The notes under the pieces were generated by a model that saw only the letters and a program-made list of their open reading frames with translations, was not told where the DNA came from and made no database searches. Below are positions 1 to 11,911 of a stretch of DNA of 64,000 nucleotides, in pieces (positions within the stretch are counted from its first letter, which is position 1; each line of letters starts with the position of its first letter). Origin of the DNA: Squalus acanthias (taxonomy: Eukaryota); assembly GCA_030390025.1 (NCBI GenBank), contig JASTWF010000354.1:1-64000 (forward strand). The letters are read 5' to 3'. Position numbers and translations under genes: made by a program.

Positions 1-3000
1 AAACATATGCTCACCATCTCCAGTCACACCCCCAACACAAACTCACAATCTCCAATCACACCAACACACGCTCACCATCTCCAGTCACACCAACACACAC
101 TCACCATCTCCAAACACACCCCCAACACACGCTCACCATCTCCAATCACACCTACACATGCTCACCATCTCCAGTCACACCCCAACACATGCTCACCCTC
201 GCCAGTCACACCAACACACGTTCACCATCTCCAGTCACACCAACACATGCTCACCATCTCCAGTCACACCCCCAACACACACTCACCATCTCCAGTCACA
301 CCCCCAATACACACTCACCATCTCCTGTCACACCAACAGACGTTCACCATCTCCAGTCACACCAACACACGCTCACCATCTCCTGTCACACCAACACACA
401 CTCACCATCTCCAGTCACACCAACACATGCGCACCATCTCCAGTCACACCAACACACACTCACCATCTCCAGACACACCAGCAGACGTTCACCATCTCCA
501 GTCACACCAACACACACTCACCATCTCCAATCACACCAGATGTTCACCATCTCCAGTTACACCAACACACACTCACAATCTCTAGTCACACCAACACACA
601 CTCACCATCTCCAGACACACCAACACACGCTCACCATCTCCAGTCACACCAAAACACATTCACCAACTCCAGTCACACCCCCAACACACACTCACCATCT
701 CCAGTCACACTCCCAACACACGCTCGCCATCTCCAGTCACACCAACAGACGCTCACCATCTCCAGTCACACCAACACACGCTCGCCATCTCCAGTCACAC
801 CCCCAACACATGCTCACCATCTCCAGTGCACCACCAACACACGCTCAACATCTCCAATCACACCCCCAACACACACTCACCATCTCCAGTCACACCAACA
901 CACGCTCACCATCTCCAGTCACACCAACACACGCTCACCATCTCCAGTCACACCCCATCAGACGCTCACTATCTCCAGTCACACCAACACACGCTCAGCA
1001 TCTCAAGTCACACCCCCAACACACACTCACCATCTCCAGTCACACCAACACACGCTCAGCATCTCAACTCACACCCCCAACACACGCTCACCATCTCCAG
1101 TCACACCCCCAACACACGCTCACCATCTCCAGTCACATCAACACACACTCACCATCTCCAGTCACACCCCAAACATATGCTCACCATCTCCAGTCACACC
1201 CCCAACACAAACTCACAATCTCCAATCACACCAACACACGCTCACCATCTCCAGTCACACCAACACACACTCACCATCTCCAAACACACCCCCAACACAC
1301 GCTCACCATCTCCAATCACACCTACACATGCTCACCATCTCCAGTCACACCCCAACACATGCTCACCCTCGCCAGTCACACCAACACACGCTCACCATCT
1401 CCAATCATACCAACACACTCTCACCATCTCCAGTCACACCCCCAACACACACTCACCATCTCCAGTCACACCCCCAACACACGCTCACCATCTCCAGTCA
1501 CACCAACACACGCTCACCATCTCCAGTCACTCCAACACATGCCCACCATCTCCAGTCACACCCCCAACACACGCTCACCATCTCCAGTCACTCCCCCAAC
1601 ACACACTCACCATCTGCAGTCACACCAACACACGCTCACCATCTCCAGTCACACCCCCAACACACACTCACCATCTCCAGTCACACCAACACACGCTCAA
1701 CATCTCCAGTCACACCAACACACACTCACCATCTCCAGTCACACCAATACACTCTCACCATCTCCAGCCACACCCCCAACACACACTCACCATCTCCAGT
1801 CACACCAACACACACTCACCATCTCCAGTCACACATTCAACACACACTCACCATCTCCAGACACACCAACACACGTTCACCATCTCCAGTCACACCAACA
1901 CACACTCACCATCTCCATTCACACCAGTACACTCTCACCATCTCCAGCCACACCCCCAACACACACTCACCATCTCCAGTCACACCAACACACACTCACC
2001 ATCTCCAGTCACACACCCAACACACACTCGCCATCTCCAGTCACACCAACACACGCTCACCATCTCCAGTCATACCAACACACACTCACCATCTCCAGTC
2101 ACACCAACACACACTCACCATCTCCAGTCACACACCCAACACACACTCAGCATCTCCAGTCAAAGCAACACACGTTCAACATCTCCAGTCACACCAACAC
2201 AGACTCACCATCTCCAGTCACACCCCCAACACACACACACCATCTCCAGTCACACCAACACACACTCACCATCTCCAGTCACACCAACACATGTTCACCA
2301 TCTCCAGTCACACCAACACAGACTCACCATCTCCAGTCACACCAACACACTCTCACCATCTCCAGCCACACCCCCAACACACGCTCACGATCTCCAGTCA
2401 CACCAACACACGCTCACCATCTCCAGTCACACCCCCAACACACACTCACCATCACCAGTCACACCCCCAACACACGCTCACCATCTCCAGTCACACCCCC
2501 AATACACACTCACCATCTCCTGTCACACCAACAGACGTTCACCATCTCCAGTCACACCAACACATGCTCACCATCTCCAGTCACACCCCCAACACACACT
2601 CACCATCTCCAGTCACACCCCCAATACACACTCACCATCTCCTGTCACACCAACAGACGTTCACCATCTCCAGTCACACCAACACACGCTCACCATCTCC
2701 TGTCACACCAACACACACTCACCATCTCCAGTCACACCAACACATGCGCACCATCTCCAGTCACACCAACACACACTCACCATCTCCAGACACACCAGCA
2801 GACGTTCACCATCTCCAGTCACACCAACACACACTCACCATCTCCAATCACACCAGATGTTCACCATCTCCAGTTACACCAACACACACTCACAATCTCT
2901 AGTCACACCAACACACACTCACCATCTCCAGACACACCAACACACGCTCACCATCTCCAGTCACACCAAAACACATTCACCAACTCCAGTCACACCCCCA

Positions 3001-6000
3001 ACACACACTCACCATCTCCAGTCACACTCCCAACACACGCTCGCCATCTCCAGTCACACCAACAGACGCTCACCATCTCCAGTCACACCAACACACGCTC
3101 GCCATCTCCAGTCACACCCCCAACACATGCTCACCATCTCCAGTGCACCACCAACACACGCTCAACATCTCCAATCACACCCCCAACACACACTCACCAT
3201 CTCCAGTCACACCAACACACGCTCACCATCTCCAGTCACACCAACACACGCTCACCATCTCCAGTCACACCCCATCAGACGCTCACTATCTCCAGTCACA
3301 CCAACACACGCTCAGCATCTCAAGTCACACCCCCAACACACACTCACCATCTCCAGTCACACCAACACACGCTCAGCATCTCAACTCACACCCCCAACAC
3401 ACGCTCACCATCTCCAGTCACACCCCCAACACACGCTCACCATCTCCAGTCACATCAACACACACTCACCATCTCCAGTCACACCCCAAACATATGCTCA
3501 CCATCTCCAGTCACACCCCCAACACAAACTCACAATCTCCAATCACACCAACACACGCTCACCATCTCCAGTCACACCAACACACACTCACCATCTCCAA
3601 ACACACCCCCAACACACGCTCACCATCTCCAATCACACCAACACATGCTCACCATCTCCAGTCACACCAACACAAAATCACCATCACCAGTCCCACCCCC
3701 AACTCACACTCACCATCTCCAGTCACACCAACACACACTCACCATCTCCTGTCACACCCCCAACACACTCTCACCATCTCCAGTCACACCCTCAACACGC
3801 ACTCACCATCTCCAGTCACACCAACACACGCTCACCATCTCCAGTCACAGCAACACGCGCTCACCATCTCCAGTCACACCCCCAACACACGCTCACCATC
3901 TCCAGTCACACCCGCAACACACGCTCACCATCTCCAGTCACACCCCAACACAAGCTCACCATCTCCAGTCACACCAACACACACTCACCATCTCCAGTCA
4001 CACCAACACCCACTCACCATCTCCAGTCACACCAACACACACTTACCCTCTCCAGTCACACCCCCAACACACGCTCACCATCTCCAGTCACACCCCCAAC
4101 ACACGCTCACCATCTCCAGTCACACCAACACACGCTCACCATCTCCAGTCACACCCCCAACACACACTCACCATCTCCAGTCACACCAACACACGCTCAA
4201 CATCTCCAGTCACACCAACACACGCTCACCATCTCCAGTCACACCCCCAACACACAATCACCATCTCCAGTCACACCAACACACGCTCACCATCTCCAGT
4301 CACACCAACACACGCTCACCATCTCCAGTCACACCCCCAACACACACTCACCATCTCCAGTCACACCAACACACGCTCACCATCTCCAGTCAGACCAACA
4401 CACGCTCACCATCTCCAGTCACACCCCCAATACACACTCACCATCTCCAGTCACACCTGCAACACACGCTCACCATCTCCAGTCACACACCCAACACACA
4501 CTCACCATCTCCAGTCACACCAACACACGCTCACCATCTCCAGTCAGACCAGCACACGCTCACCATCTCCAGTCACACTCCCAACACACGCTCACCATCT
4601 CCAGTCACACCAACAAACGCTCACCATCTCCAGTCACACCAACACACGCTCACCATCTCCAGTCACACCAACACATGCTCACCATCTCCAGTCTCACCCC
4701 CAACACACGCTCACCATCTCCAGTCACACCCCAATACACACTCACCATCTCCAGTCACACCAACACACGCTCACCATCTCCAGTCACACCCCCAACACAC
4801 GCTCACCATCTCCAGTCACACCCCCAACACACGCTCACCATCTCCAGTCACACCCCCAACACACGCTCACCATCTGCAGTCACAACAACACACGCTCACC
4901 ATCTCCAGTCACACCAACACACGCTCACCATCTCCAGTCACACCAACACATGCTCACCATCTCCAGTCTCACCCCCAACACACACTCACCATCTCCAGTC
5001 ACACCAACACACACTCACCATCTGCAGTCACACCAACACACGCTCACCATCTCCAGTCTCACCCCCAACACACACTCACCATCTCCAGTCACACCCCCAA
5101 CACACGCTCACCATCTCCAGTCACACCAACACACACTCACCATCTCCAGTCACTCCCCAACACACAGTCACCATCTCCAGTCTCACCCCCAACACACACT
5201 CACCATCTCCAGTCACACCCACAACACACGCTCACCATCTCCAGTCACACCAACACACACTCACCATCTCCAGTCACACCCCAACACACAGTCACCATAT
5301 CCAGTCACACCCCCAACACACGCTCACCATCTCCAGTCACACCCCCAACACACGCTCACCATCTCCAGTCACACCCCCAACACACGCTCACCATCTCCAG
5401 TCACACCCGCAACACACGCTCACCATCTCCAGTCACACCCCAACACAAGCTCACCATCTCCAGTCACACCAACACACACTCACCATCTCCAGTCACACCA
5501 ACACCCACTTACCCTCTCCAGTCACACCCCCAACACACGCTCACCATCTCCAGTCACACCCCCAACACACGCTCACCATCTCCAGTCACACCAACAAACG
5601 CTCACCATCTCCAGTCACACCCCCAACACACACTCACCATCTCCAGTCACACCAACACACGCTCAACATCTCCAGTCACACCAACACACGCTCACCATCT
5701 CCAGTCACACCCCCAACACACAATCACCATCTCCAGTCACACCAACACACGCTCACCATCTCCAGTCACACCAACACACGCTCACCATCTCCAGTCACAC
5801 CCCCAACACACACTCACCATCTCCAGTCACACCAACACACGCTCACCATCTCCAGTCAGACCAACACACGCTCACCATCTCCAGTCACACCCCCAATACA
5901 CACTCACCATCTCCAGTCACACCTGCAACACACGCTCACCATCTCCAGTCACACACCCAACACACACTCACCATCTCCAGTCACACCAACACACGCTCAC

Positions 6001-6845
6001 CATCTCCAGTCAGACCAGCACACGCTCACCATCTCCAGTCACACTCCCAACACACGCTCACCATCTCCAGTCACACCAACAAACGCTCACCATCTCCAGT
6101 CACACCAACACACGCTCACCATCTCCAGTCACACCAACACATGCTCACCATCTCCAGTCTCACCCCCAACACACGCTCACCATCTCCAGTCACACCCCAA
6201 TACACACTCACCATCTCCAGTCACACCAACACACGCTCACCATCTCCAGTCACACCCCCAACACACGCTCACCATCTCCAGTCACACCCCCAACACACGC
6301 TCACCATCTCCAGTCACACCCCCAACACACGCTCACCATCTGCAGTCACAACAACACACGCTCACCATCTCCAGTCACACCAACACACGCTCACCATCTC
6401 CAGTCACACCAACACATGCTCACCATCTCCAGTCTCACCCCCAACACACACTCACCATCTCCAGTCACACCAACACACACTCACCATCTCCAGTCACACC
6501 AACACACGCTCACCATCTCCAGTCTCACCCCCAACACACACTCACCATCTCCAGTCACACCCCCAACACACGCTCACCATCTCCAGTCACACCAACACAC
6601 ACTCACCATCTCCAGTCACTCCCCAACACACAGTCACCATCTCCAGTCTCACCCCCAACACACACTCACCATCTCCAGTCACACCCCCAACACACGCTCA
6701 CCATCTCCAGTCACACCAACACACACTCACCATCTCCAGTCACACCCCAACACACAGTCACCATATCCAGTCACACCCCCAACACACGCTCACCATCTCC
6801 AGCCACACCCCCAACACACGCTCACCATCTCCAGTCACACCCCCA
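1..6845. repeat. Minisatellite array, 29/32-bp unit CTCACCATCTCCAGTCACACC(CCC)AACACAC[A/G], roughly 225 units, continues off the left edge
   Basis: Unit read directly. Diagnostic variants recur at 2317-bp spacing (AAACATATGC at 1171 and 3488) and at ~1.47-1.5-kb spacing (CCCGCAAC at 3911 and 5406). Confidence 0.98.
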
Positions 6846-6846
6846 G

Positions 6847-7176
6847 CAACAACAACTTGCGTTTACATAGCGCCTTTAATGTAGTAGAATGCCCCAAGGT
6901 GCCTCACAGCATCGTAATCTGACAAATCTTGACATCGAGCCACATCAGGAGATATCCAGACAGGTGACCAAAAGCTGGGTCAAAGAAGTAGGTTTTAAGG
7001 AGGGTGCTAAAGCAGGAGAGAGTTCGAGAGGCGGAGAGGTTTAGGGAGGGAATTCCAGAAATTGGGCCGCAGGCAGCTGAAGGCACGGCCGCCAATGGTG
7101 GGGTGAAGGGAGTGGGGGATGGACAAGAGGCCAGAGTTGGAGGAGAGCAGAGATCTCGGAGGGTTGTGGGGCTGGA
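6847..7176 (-). mobile_element. L2-clade LINE 3' fragment (5'-truncated, degraded) with (GTT)n tail
   Basis: Minus strand encodes RSLLSSNSGLLSIP..TIGGRAFS..PNFWNSLPKPLR and, after a frameshift, LLKTYFFD, typical of the L2 ORF2 C-terminus. It ends in AAAGGCGCTATGTAAACGCAAGTTGTTGTTG. Confidence 0.85.
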
Positions 7177-7470
7177 TGTTCTCACAGTCAGACATCACTG
7201 GAGTCTGATGCTGTTGTGATATTTTCTGCCTAGTTGAAGGGAGATTATTTTCAGTGATCACATTCTCTTCACAAGCTGCAGATCAATATAAATAATTACA
7301 CCTTGAGAACAGGCGATTTGGGTTTGAATTTATGGAGAGCTCAGAGCTGAGGGGAGTTTGAATCTTGCCCAGTGTGTGGTTCTGGGATGTGGGCTGGTTT
7401 GACGCCCTCGCTCTGGAAACTCTATGATTTGGACATTAAGGGGGAAAAATTCACTTGGTTGCGCCTCCCG

Positions 7471-7756
7471 TTAGCGCCTTAAGAGGGCGCTAATGGGGCG
7501 TTAAGCCGCTAACGCCCGGGCGCAGCGCTGTTTGCGCCGCTCGAGAACTTAACTTGAGATTGTGCGGCGGCGCTAAAACTTACCGCTGCGACCACCTGCG
7601 CGCGCAGATTGTGACGTCATTCCATGGTGCAACGCCCTTGGGGCGCCCCGGAGCGGAAATTGAGTGGCGCCCCCTGCCTTACCGCCTGGCGCTTCCAACG
7701 ACCGGAAGACTGGAACGTTATCAATCGGTGTGGGGCTGGGGGGGGCGCTATTTAAA
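7471..7756 (+). promoter_or_regulatory. Left subterminal region: TTAGCGCC/GGCGCTAA repeats, CRE palindrome, TATA-like box for the transposase
   Basis: TTAGCGCC-n7-GGCGCTAA at 7471-7493; TGACGTCA at 7612-7619; TATTTAAA at 7749-7756, about 200 bp upstream of the ATG. Confidence 0.55.
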
Positions 7757-7809
7757 GGGGGCCTCTTCCTGTCTTTTTCTGTGGTCGACATTTATGCACC
7801 ACTCGTTCT

Positions 7810-7847
7810 GAGAGAGAGAGAGAGATTCAGAGAGAGAGAGAGAGAGA
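7810..7847. repeat. Interrupted (GA)n microsatellite upstream of the transposase ATG
   Basis: Two GA runs separated by TTC. Confidence 0.9.
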
Positions 7848-7951
7848 CTTCTACATTGACTCAACGCTTTGTGAGGTAGTTTTGCCTAGTTCATCCTAAC
7901 TTTGTTGCTACTTTAGTTGCTGTATCTCATTACTTTTCTGGCAAAGAGAAT

Positions 7952-9112
7952 ATGGGGGCTGCAATGATTGGGGGCGTCATCCTGCTCCAGCTGAATCGGA
8001 GGATAGTGAGACGCAGTCAGAGAGTGGCAATGATGGCCAGACGGAGGAGGGCCATCAGGCGCATGTACAGGAGAGCTTACCCTCCCAGGGTATATCGTGA
8101 ACAGCTCTCCTACATCCATATGTCCGAGGAGCTGTGTTTGCGAAGGCTGCGATTCAGCAAGGAGGTGGTCACTGAGCTCTGCCACCTGCTGCAGCCAGAT
8201 CTGCAGCCTCAGCTGAGGTCCAGGACGTCTCTGTCGGTGGCAGTGAAGGTCACAGTGGCTTTGAACTTCTACGCCACTGGCTCATTCCAAGCTGCTGTTG
8301 GGGACCTCGCCAATATCTCCCAGTTTGCGGTGCATCGCTGCATCCGGCAGGTCACCAATGCCCTCTTCAGAAGGAGACGAGACTTCATCTCTTTCCCTAT
8401 GACCCCAGACAAGCAGCGTGACCGTGCTCTGGGCTTTGCGAGGGTAGCGGGCTTCCCCATGGTGCAGGGCGCCATTGACTGCACGCATGTGGCTTTGCGT
8501 GCTCCGCGAGAGAATGCAGAGGAATTCAGGAACAGAAAGGGGTTCCATTCCTTGAATGTGCAGTTGGTCTGTGACCACAGACAGGTGATACTCGCTGTCA
8601 ATGCCCACTATCCGGGCAGCTGCCACGATGCTTTCATCCTGCGCCAGACTACTGTGGCAGAAGTTTTCGAGGCACCGCATCAGCCAGTTGGTTGGCTTCT
8701 GGGGGACAAGGGGTACGCATTGAGCACCTGGCTGATGACACCGCTCCGTACGCCAAACACCCCTGCTGAGCTGCGGTACAATGAAAGCCATCAAGCAACC
8801 AGGAACATTATTGAGCGCACAATCGGCGTGCTGAAACAACGGTTCCGCTGTCTGGACCATTCCGGAGGAGCCCTGCAGTACTCGCCTGAGCAAGTTTCGA
8901 ACTTCGTAGTCGTGTGCTGCATGTTGCACAACATGGCAATCCTCAGGACCCAGCCAATGCCACCAGGCCTTGTAGCACCACCAGAGGAGGAGGAGGAAGA
9001 GGAGGAAGAGGACGAGGACGATGATCATCAGCAGCACCAAGGCAGGAGGGCGGCCCACAATGGTCAAACTGCAAGGGCCGTCCGTCAACGACTAATAGCA
9101 AGCCGCTTCTAG
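7952..9112 (+). CDS. Harbinger transposase (HARBI1-like, DDE_Tnp_4 family), 386 aa, uninterrupted
   Basis: Motifs GAIDCTH, RNRKGFHSLNVQLVCD, PGSCHD, LLGDKGY and IERTIGVLKQRFRCL, with the catalytic D-D-E residues present. Arg-rich N-terminus, acidic C-terminal tract. Confidence 0.96.
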   Translation: MGAAMIGGVILLQLNRRIVRRSQRVAMMARRRRAIRRMYRRAYPPRVYREQLSYIHMSEELCLRRLRFSKEVVTELCHLLQPDLQPQLRSRTSLSVAVKVTVALNFYATGSFQAAVGDLANISQFAVHRCIRQVTNALFRRRRDFISFPMTPDKQRDRALGFARVAGFPMVQGAIDCTHVALRAPRENAEEFRNRKGFHSLNVQLVCDHRQVILAVNAHYPGSCHDAFILRQTTVAEVFEAPHQPVGWLLGDKGYALSTWLMTPLRTPNTPAELRYNESHQATRNIIERTIGVLKQRFRCLDHSGGALQYSPEQVSNFVVVCCMLHNMAILRTQPMPPGLVAPPEEEEEEEEEDEDDDHQQHQGRRAAHNGQTARAVRQRLIASRF

Positions 9113-9223
9113 GGCCCCTGCCATTGCTACAAACACTAATCAACCCAGCACGCAACCCCTAAGCCGGCCAAGGCACCAATAATTCCAACCACCAGCCATG
9201 TATATTTTGAATACAGAAACTTA

Positions 9224-9379
9224 TTTATTTTACAAACTCTGTGTGTGTCAATTCCTCATGACAAACTCATAGAAATAAACACAAAAAAACAGTCAATAAC
9301 ATAATTGGTTCTCACAACCTGGAGATAATGTCCAAAACACTAAACAAAAGTTGGACCATGAACCTCTGCCTTTAATAAA
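9224..9379. terminator. Candidate polyadenylation signals of the two convergent Harbinger genes
   Basis: AATAAA on + at 9274-9279 and 9374-9379; AATAAA on - at 9229-9224; AT-rich intergenic spacer. Confidence 0.6.
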
Positions 9380-9406
9380 AAAATGACCAGCATTTTGGCA
9401 CACCTC

Positions 9407-11221
9407 CTACTTCTTGCCCTTCGAGGGTGATCTCCTTCCCTTGCGCACTTCCCCCCTTCTAACCCTACTGCTCCTCCGTAATGGGACCTCAGTGGCTGCA
9501 GCAAGGCTGGTGGAAGGCTGCTGCTCGTCAGACCCTGACACTGCAGATGCCCCTGAAGGACGGCCTCGACCACTTCTGGGCCTGGAGGGCCCGGCTGCAG
9601 ACTGCACCAACTCTGCATGGGCGGCAGCAGTCTGTCCTACAGGCGGTGGCAAGTGCAGTGGAGAAGTGACAGTGTTGGCAGCAGGAATGCTGTCATCGTG
9701 AGAGAGGACAGCAACTCCCTGCTCGCCCGACACACTGGCACTCCCACGGGGCAGCACTTCAGCATCCGGAGCAATTTGCCGGAGAACAGATTGCTGGCCT
9801 GCTGCGGCGCGGTGACAGCCCCGGGGACATGTGCACGAACCATCGAGGATGGCAGCAGTCAGTGCTCGCGTGGCCTCAATCTGAGTCTGCATGAGAGCAG
9901 TCTCAGATGGGTTCCTGGCAGCCAGTGACTGAATTGCAGCACTAAGCTTTAGTGTGGCATCCGCCTGTGCTACAGCGAAGTGCTCCACACTCCTTGCCAG
10001 TGACTCAATGCATTTGGGCACCCTTCCCACTGCACCCATGAGCTCAGTGTGCATGCCCACCGCCTGGCTGTTCATTTCTGCAATCAGCCGCTCCTCCTCT
10101 GCGTCCATTGCAGTAGGAGTGTCTGGCATACTCTCCCTCTGGGGAGAAGGCCCCCGTTCTTCCCTACCCCCCCCATGGCGTTGCTGCAGCCCGCTGGGTC
10201 CTGGAGCTTCACCATCATCAGCCCCTTCCCCCCTGCTCCCCTCCGGGGAAGGCGTGTTCCCAGTGTGGGCATGGGCTTCCTCGGGAGAGGGTGGCACTGA
10301 TACTCCGGCTTCCTCTTCCTCCTCAGCTGCAGCATCACTCCCAGTGGCAGCTTCAGGGCCCGTCTCCTCAGCTGGTGAATCACCATCTGAAAGCAGGGAG
10401 GTACAAGAGTGGCTTTAGCGTGAGGACAGGGTGGCAGTAAGGGAGGAATAAGTGCAGCGAGTTAGCAAGTTGGATTGAAAGTGTCAAAGGCTGGTATTGT
10501 GAGGGACAAGTGGAAGGACAGAGGACAAAAAGGTGATGACCTTACCATTGCTGTCCACATTGCTGTCCAGTGGCGACGGGACCGATCACCCGGCTTGCCA
10601 CAATCCTGTGGACGCGCTCCTCCAGATCGCTGAGGGGTTGCAGCTGAAGCCGCCCTCCACCCGTCCGTTGCTGCTGTCTCCGATTATGAGCCAGCTTAGC
10701 CTGCAAGAAAAAGGACAGCATCTGAGTCAATATACAGCCATGGTCTTGCCTGATGTGCCTCCCATAGGTGAATAGCCCTTACAATATGCAGCCATGGTCT
10801 TGCCTGATGTGCCTCCCATAGGTGAATAGCCCTTACTGTATGCAAAGTGTGGAATGTGTGTGTGTGTTTGATGAAAGGGCCATAGGTGTTGGATGAGTGT
10901 TGTGCATTGGGGTTTTAAGACCCTCTGGCCATAGAGTGAGGTTGAGATGGAGGGATGGAGAGGTATTGAGAAAAAGCCACTCACCCTGACGACCCGAGTG
11001 AGGTCGTTGAACTTTTTGCGGCATTGAACATGGGTCCTGGGCACCATGCTCCTGGAGGAGACGCTCTGAGCCACCTCCCTCCACACTCTTCTGAACTCGC
11101 GTGGCAAAGGCCTCCTGCCACTCTCCGGGAACAGCATGCAACGTCTGCGCTCCACTGCGTCAACCAGAGCATCCAAGGCCCGCTCGGTGAAGCGATGAGC
11201 GCGTTCTCTCACCCTCTCCAT
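9407..11221 (-). CDS. Harbinger Myb/SANT-like DNA-binding protein, 3 exons: 11221-10985, 10700-10546, 10386(or 10412)-9407; exon 2/3 phase problem
   Basis: Exon 1 from ATG 11221: RFTERALDALVDAV..WREVAQSVS..RTHVQCRKKFNDL, then donor GTGAGT at 10984. Acceptor TTCTTGCAG precedes exon 2 (AKLAHNRR..TGGG..EERV), then donor GTAAGG at 10545. Exon 3 is acidic, then helical, then basic, ending at TAG 9407. Confidence 0.85.
10728..10836. repeat. 54-bp tandem duplication in Myb gene intron 1
   Basis: CAATAT[A/G]CAGCCATGGTCTTGCCTGATGTGCCTCCCATAGGTGAATAGCCCTTA starts at 10728 and again at 10782, with one mismatch. Confidence 0.95.
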
Positions 11222-11304
11222 GCTTGGCAGCAAAATGGATTACAGGTCTCTCCAGGCTGAGATTCAAGGCTGCAATGAGCAGGGTGTGGCTGGGGAGCAA
11301 GTGG

Positions 11305-11565
11305 CCCCCCCCCGCTTTAAGAAGTGTCCGGCGCCAGTGTGTCTGTGTTCCCTCGCTAACTGGCAGCAGCTGCGCTGCGCTCGTGCGCTGAGTTAGCGCC
11401 TCACTCCTTGGCCTTTGCGCCTTAAGAGAGGTGTGCAGCGCCTAATTTAGCGCTCCACTCACCTCCCGGGGTGGTAAAAGTGAAGTTTCCTGTCAGTGCC
11501 GATAATTAGCGCCAGGCGCTAATATTTGCGTCCGGACGATATTTGCGCCCCAAATGGGGCGCGAC
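11305..11565 (-). promoter_or_regulatory. Right subterminal region: TTAGCGCC repeats/palindromes and TTAAAG+G-run promoter-like motif for the Myb gene
   Basis: TTAGCGCC at 11393-11400; ATTAGCGCC-A-GGCGCTAAT at 11505-11523; GCGCCCCA-AA-TGGGGCGC at about 11545-11562; minus-strand CTTAAAGCGGGGGGGGG at about 11321-11305. Confidence 0.5.
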
Positions 11566-11891
11566 CTAATTTCTACCCCTAAATGAATTGTCGGGGAAAG
11601 TGAATCTGATGCCAGACAGGAGCATTAAACACACGGCGGGGAAACAGAACAAGTTCAGGATCAGGCTGTTCATCAAAATCTCATTTCCACCAACGCTGAT
11701 TTAAGGCTCATCCAATCCCAGTGTTGTGTGTTCAGGATTATTTCTTCATTAACCATTAAAGAAAGAAAACGCCTTCTGCATCTCTAATGGTTTCTAATGT
11801 CAGACAATGTGGGAATGAGTGAGTGGGGAGATGCTCACTGAAAGCCAATTGTCCCCAACACTGGGAGTGGTCCAGAGTGTGAGACTGGGCC

Positions 11892-11911
11892 GGAGCGGCA
11901 GGGGGCGCTGT
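11892..11911 (+). promoter_or_regulatory. CTCF-like motif
   Basis: GGAGCGGCAGGGGGCGCTGT resembles the CTCF core CCASYAGRKGGCRS; the AGGGGGCGC half is exact, the 5' end deviates. Confidence 0.5.

Larger units (their letters stand above)
7440..11579 (+). mobile_element. Full-length PIF/Harbinger DNA transposon (4140 bp)
   Basis: TAA target-site duplication at 7437-7439 and 11580-11582. Imperfect TIRs: GGGGGAAAAATT (left) versus GGGGTAGAAATT (reverse complement of right), 10/12 match. GC-rich subterminal repeats. Convergent transposase and Myb/SANT genes. Confidence 0.95.

Noticed and set aside
158..6922. Very long His/Thr/Pro/Ser-rich ORFs (up to 2231 aa)
   Set aside because: All three plus frames are open and encode the same peptides because the 29/32-bp unit lacks stop codons; a repeat artefact.
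7183..7220. Imperfect hairpin TCAGAC..GTCTGA in the unique spacer
   Set aside because: Too short and imperfect to support an ncRNA call.
7877..7916. Possible 5' UTR intron upstream of the transposase (GTAGTT..CTTTAG)
   Set aside because: Only about 40 nt with a weak donor; not supportable.
8269..9088. Antisense ORFs over the transposase (and similar ones over the Myb gene and CR1 ORFs)
   Set aside because: Shadow frames of real coding sequence with no recognisable motifs.
7952..9112. Calling this the domesticated host gene HARBI1 (and the partner NAIF1/MSANTD)
   Set aside because: The genes lie inside TIRs with a TSD, so they belong to a transposon; no gene symbol assigned.
10727..10984. 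C-terminal part of the 168-aa ORF 10727-11233
   Set aside because: Read-through into intron 1 beyond the GTGAGT donor; the track start at 11233 is TTG and the ATG is at 11221.
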